Source: Amphiscolops sp. MND2022 | Taxonomy: Eukaryota | DNA: 64,000 nt | Assembly: GCA_964187785.1 (NCBI GenBank) | Contig: OZ076409.1 | Location: forward strand, 36,520,001 to 36,584,000 | Direction: 5' to 3' | Part shown: positions 63,101 to 64,000 of the stretch, piece after piece | Position numbering within the stretch: position 1 is the stretch's first letter | How the letters are laid out: each line of letters opens with the position of its first letter | The notes under the pieces: generated by a model | Database searches by the model: none | Told to the model about the DNA's origin: nothing | Seen by the model: only the letters and a program-made list of their open reading frames with translations | Made by a program: the position numbers and the translations under genes

Positions 63101-63497
63101 ACTCCTTCAACTGTCCTTCATTCTTTAGGCTTCTCATCATTGTGAGCATCTGACCAATGTTTTTATGTCGTGCTTCCAAGGAGTCTAATTCATTCCGATA
63201 TCTGCAGAAACGGTCGCCTTTATTATCCGCCCATTCTGGCTGATACTTGACTTTCAAGAGTGCTGTGTTCGCCCCGACGAGTCTCTTCCATCTAGGCAGT
63301 AGGTCTTGTCGGTTCGGTAGAAGGTCTGCGAGTTTTTCTTTCGTTACGTCTGCTTTGCGCAGCTCAGCATGTATTTCATCCAATTTTGCCTCAAAGCTTT
63401 GAATTGCTCTCATGTTGCTCTCCCATTGTGGCTTGTCGATAGAACTCTTCAAATGGTTTTCAATTCGTTTGTAATCAATTCTCTTTGGATCAGCCAT
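57111..63497 (-). CDS. BEL/Pao Gag-Pol polyprotein, 2128 aa
   Basis: DUF1759-type gag 'LPKLKLAEFSGDPLEWPEW'; three BEL zinc knuckles (CPLKDGKHPLWKC, CFCCLAGKHVVKDC, CGVKGCNKRHHRLLH); protease LCDSGA; RT 'SLNDNLLTGPDL', 'ADIEAMF', YMDD; RNase H IFSDAS; integrase H-H-CVKC, GVDYFGP, SDNGTNF, IWERLVRS; C-terminal 'LKRPVVKLAP'. Confidence 0.97.
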   Translation of the reverse strand: MADPKRIDYKRIENHLKSSIDKPQWESNMRAIQSFEAKLDEIHAELRKADVTKEKLADLLPNRQDLLPRWKRLVGANTALLKVKYQPEWADNKGDRFCRYRNELDSLEARHKNIGQMLTMMRSLKNEGQLKEFLQLQTSKEKCDEMLQKNEDEINKNRDTLCNSEDYKALVEANEETLKRRDEIVADMDELLKHSGDTSIYSELHRMEGIMARARVNWQEQQLKSRDTSPQKNANEEMAQGTDRPYSFENRCVNEVNSLPEERDQCASKAHSKGNRTSVSSKSTTTKRMMLLELEAIKKQEEIDEQIAAKKREAEIRKKHEEMDKLTEELEIAKLQEEKARAKRIAEKEMEIARAEGSRASTSLRSISPIPIHSDPFEKVPSWLDENGCDKKTTKFGEEVSRIALASEPIKPQPDPLPHTTQMSHLAAKTAQPTMVKDGTSASQFAPNAASAKMQMNKTFQPHVQFGNFDPPNQPMLSNQTRSGTLPPPVAPSAKYSAPIQSQFATTRNEAVSLPASLPKLKLAEFSGDPLEWPEWSGLFLSTVHAANIDTSLKMNHFKTLVTGKAKEVIAGLGYTGDMYDIAWNTLVAHFGRPQVVVNAQLRRIYTFPPVKAYDSVALVKYSRIVSSCVQVLTQMNYVGDLQSEGVLSSATRKLPMNMKTKWLTYARQNANYYMGLEAFSAWLQEVAAVQEDVLMTSNTNADKPKWASKDKPKNSTFSTFADDSADKKTGHDCPLKDGKHPLWKCEKFLKMTCQARYEKVKELKLCFCCLAGKHVVKDCTYKACGVKGCNKRHHRLLHREANERQKESGSEGPQQKAEANSAFCSLKSSGILPIIPVIIQVGKRQESTLALCDSGASLSFIDKELANKLNAHGEEVELSVAGIHGTNEVKCERLTVGIRGNARNDTHHMTVYTHPNIDAGSKIYNYRELKHAYPHLSVLSEETLKLKDVKMILGQNCYPIHRPEEYKSGTNGEPWAVKTKLGWTLCGPLPQQEAVQMTASCVTASKDDALAEQIKTWWDIESYASRCDVSGRSKEDEKALQMLEQTTKFDGERYEVGLLWKRSDPFLPNNYSSALSQMKSLEYRLEKKPELKKLYQESIKVDVEKGFVRVLKQEELEVTKLERQWYVPHHPVENPNKPGKVRRVCNAASKFRGISLNDNLLTGPDLLQNLIGIIFRFREQRIAITADIEAMFLQVKVPPEDCKVLRFLWRDDTNEPVKVYEYGRHIFGAKSSPTCANYALQQVARDNAQKSPQITKLIKRNFYMDDFVKSVSSAEQAIEIYQLLRAMLARGGFQLTKWISNCEQTLTSIDEADKSPSSSKTFEAEPTSPSILGLQWNVDADNLEVCRGMQKEIPEKITQRAVLSHVSAVFDPLGMVSPFTIRMRLLLKSIWKENGQSWDKELNEEDQHDFKKWVSEMIHVNRMVLKRTYFKSGVNKVDLHIFSDASLEAMCMVAYLRNQDNGEVTFVIGKCRVAPIRNMTVAKLEMQAAVFGVRLRERILEEHDIEVDRIVHWTDSTTVLQWLHASNNKQPVFVANRVAEILENSTIDQWRHVEGKLNPADIGTRGMTVEALKESEWLTGPAWLTETEDAWPKAPEKLQFSIREEPEPVMEAAVMEPAFEWERFSSFKKMIRVLSYCLRWRKKKSEGILTVEELNAAKLAVLKRCQKESFHDAYEKIYKGQPLSASDQLNKLSPFLDENELLRLQGRLQHSKSSYEIKHPILLSAKHYVVIKLIEDAHQANFHEGTEYVRSVLRQEYWIIGLRNALRSVKAKCVKCRKQQAAVSQPFMADLPRERLQERVFPFTNTGVDYFGPFEVKFMRKTMKRWCCLFTCLTTRAVHIEVVPSLEADTCLTAITRFIARRGKPATILSDNGTNFVGAAKEMRDCINAWNQSDIETSLAQKDIKWKFNPPGAPHFGGIWERLVRSCKKAMIAVLDGRSLTDDVLITTMCLVEQTLNARPLTSVSDDPDDLEALTPNHFLMGRANSATPFLPDAQRYTDLRRVFRVSQAYSDMIWTRWTKEYLPEWNVRNKWNKDDVRQLKVNDLVWVVDENVKRSSYKMARVFEVQEGSDGRVRSATVLTKDGKLKRPVVKLAPMFYESVFREKNRAGNVGASHQKAEKLNSELAG

Positions 63498-63504
63498 TTT
63501 TGAC

Positions 63505-63696
63505 CTAGCCCAAAACCCCAGAGTACACTAACTAACCACAGGAGTCCAAAATCTGCTGTGAATACAATTTCCCAACAAGCCGATGAAGTAGCCCAAAACC
63601 CCAGAGTACACTATATACCCAAGAGCTCCAGTAATACCACTTCGAATACAAAATCCCAGAGCCTGCAGAAGTAGCCCAAGCCCCAGAGTACACTAA
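63505..63696. repeat. Three spaced copies of TAGCCCAA(A)(A/G)CCCCAGAGTACACTA in the BEL leader (~82-bp period)
   Basis: Copies start near 63506, 63589 and 63672. Confidence 0.8.
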
Positions 63697-63890
63697 ACAC
63701 AGAGGAGAGCCCAGATGAGACCACGTTGCAGCACACTGTTTTGTATAGATTACCAACAGTCGTCGTTCTGTACACGTTCACTTGTTCGCACAGTGCTGGT
63801 CTGTTTGTGTAGCAATCAGATGATCATCCAGTTGTCCGCCCAATTGATGTTGTCCGCCCAAATGTTGATGTCCGCCTCAAAATGATGATG

Positions 63891-63907
63891 TCCGGGTCGG
63901 CGGACCA
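63891..63907 (-). other. BEL primer binding site, tRNA-Tyr-like
   Basis: TGGTCCGCCGACCCGGA, 2 nt after the 5' LTR end; resembles the common BEL PBS TGGTCCTTCGAGCCGG. Confidence 0.7.
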
Positions 63908-63909
63908 AA

Positions 63910-64000
63910 TGTAACGGCTGCTTGATCCCTTCAATTGACCAAACTTTACGCCGCCCTGAATTCGGTGCTCGGCACTGCGGATCGTTACCGAGCACTGCTT
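63910..64000 (-). repeat. BEL/Pao 5' LTR (partial, U5 end)
   Basis: 91 of 91 nt identical to 56302-56392. Confidence 0.95.

Larger units (their letters stand above)
56302..64000 (-). mobile_element. BEL/Pao LTR retrotransposon (5' LTR runs off the window end)
   Basis: 56302-56392 is identical to 63910-64000; single 2128-aa ORF; PBS and PPT-like tract in the expected positions. Confidence 0.96.

Overview
AT-rich eukaryotic (most likely invertebrate animal) genomic DNA with spliceosomal introns and dense repeats. From 1 to 40 kb there is one host gene, a 5-coding-exon, ~447-aa PTP/DSP-superfamily phosphatase (P-loop CAQGKDRTG, 21469-38501, +). It sits among non-autonomous elements: several Helitron2/Helentron-like families with asymmetric inverted repeats plus a 3' hairpin, hAT and MULE-like MITEs, a tRNA-derived SINE, and decayed hAT and Tc1 transposases. 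From 40 to 64 kb there are two young, apparently intact LTR retrotransposons lying tail to tail. The first is a 15.7-kb Ty3/Gypsy element (40320-56052, 2118-bp LTRs, ATTTG TSD). The second is a BEL/Pao element (56302 to beyond the window end, minus strand). The main result concerns the Gypsy element. Besides gag and -1-frameshifted pol, it carries (i) an antisense gene that assembles with seven canonical GT-AG introns into one open 1077-codon frame, resembling by eye a catalytically dead hAT transposase with an intact zinc finger; (ii) a divergently oriented acidic ORF with a phospho-SIM-like motif that reads into the 3' LTR; and (iii) a gag whose first 127 codons lie inside the LTR. All homology calls are by-eye motif recognition; no database searches were run.
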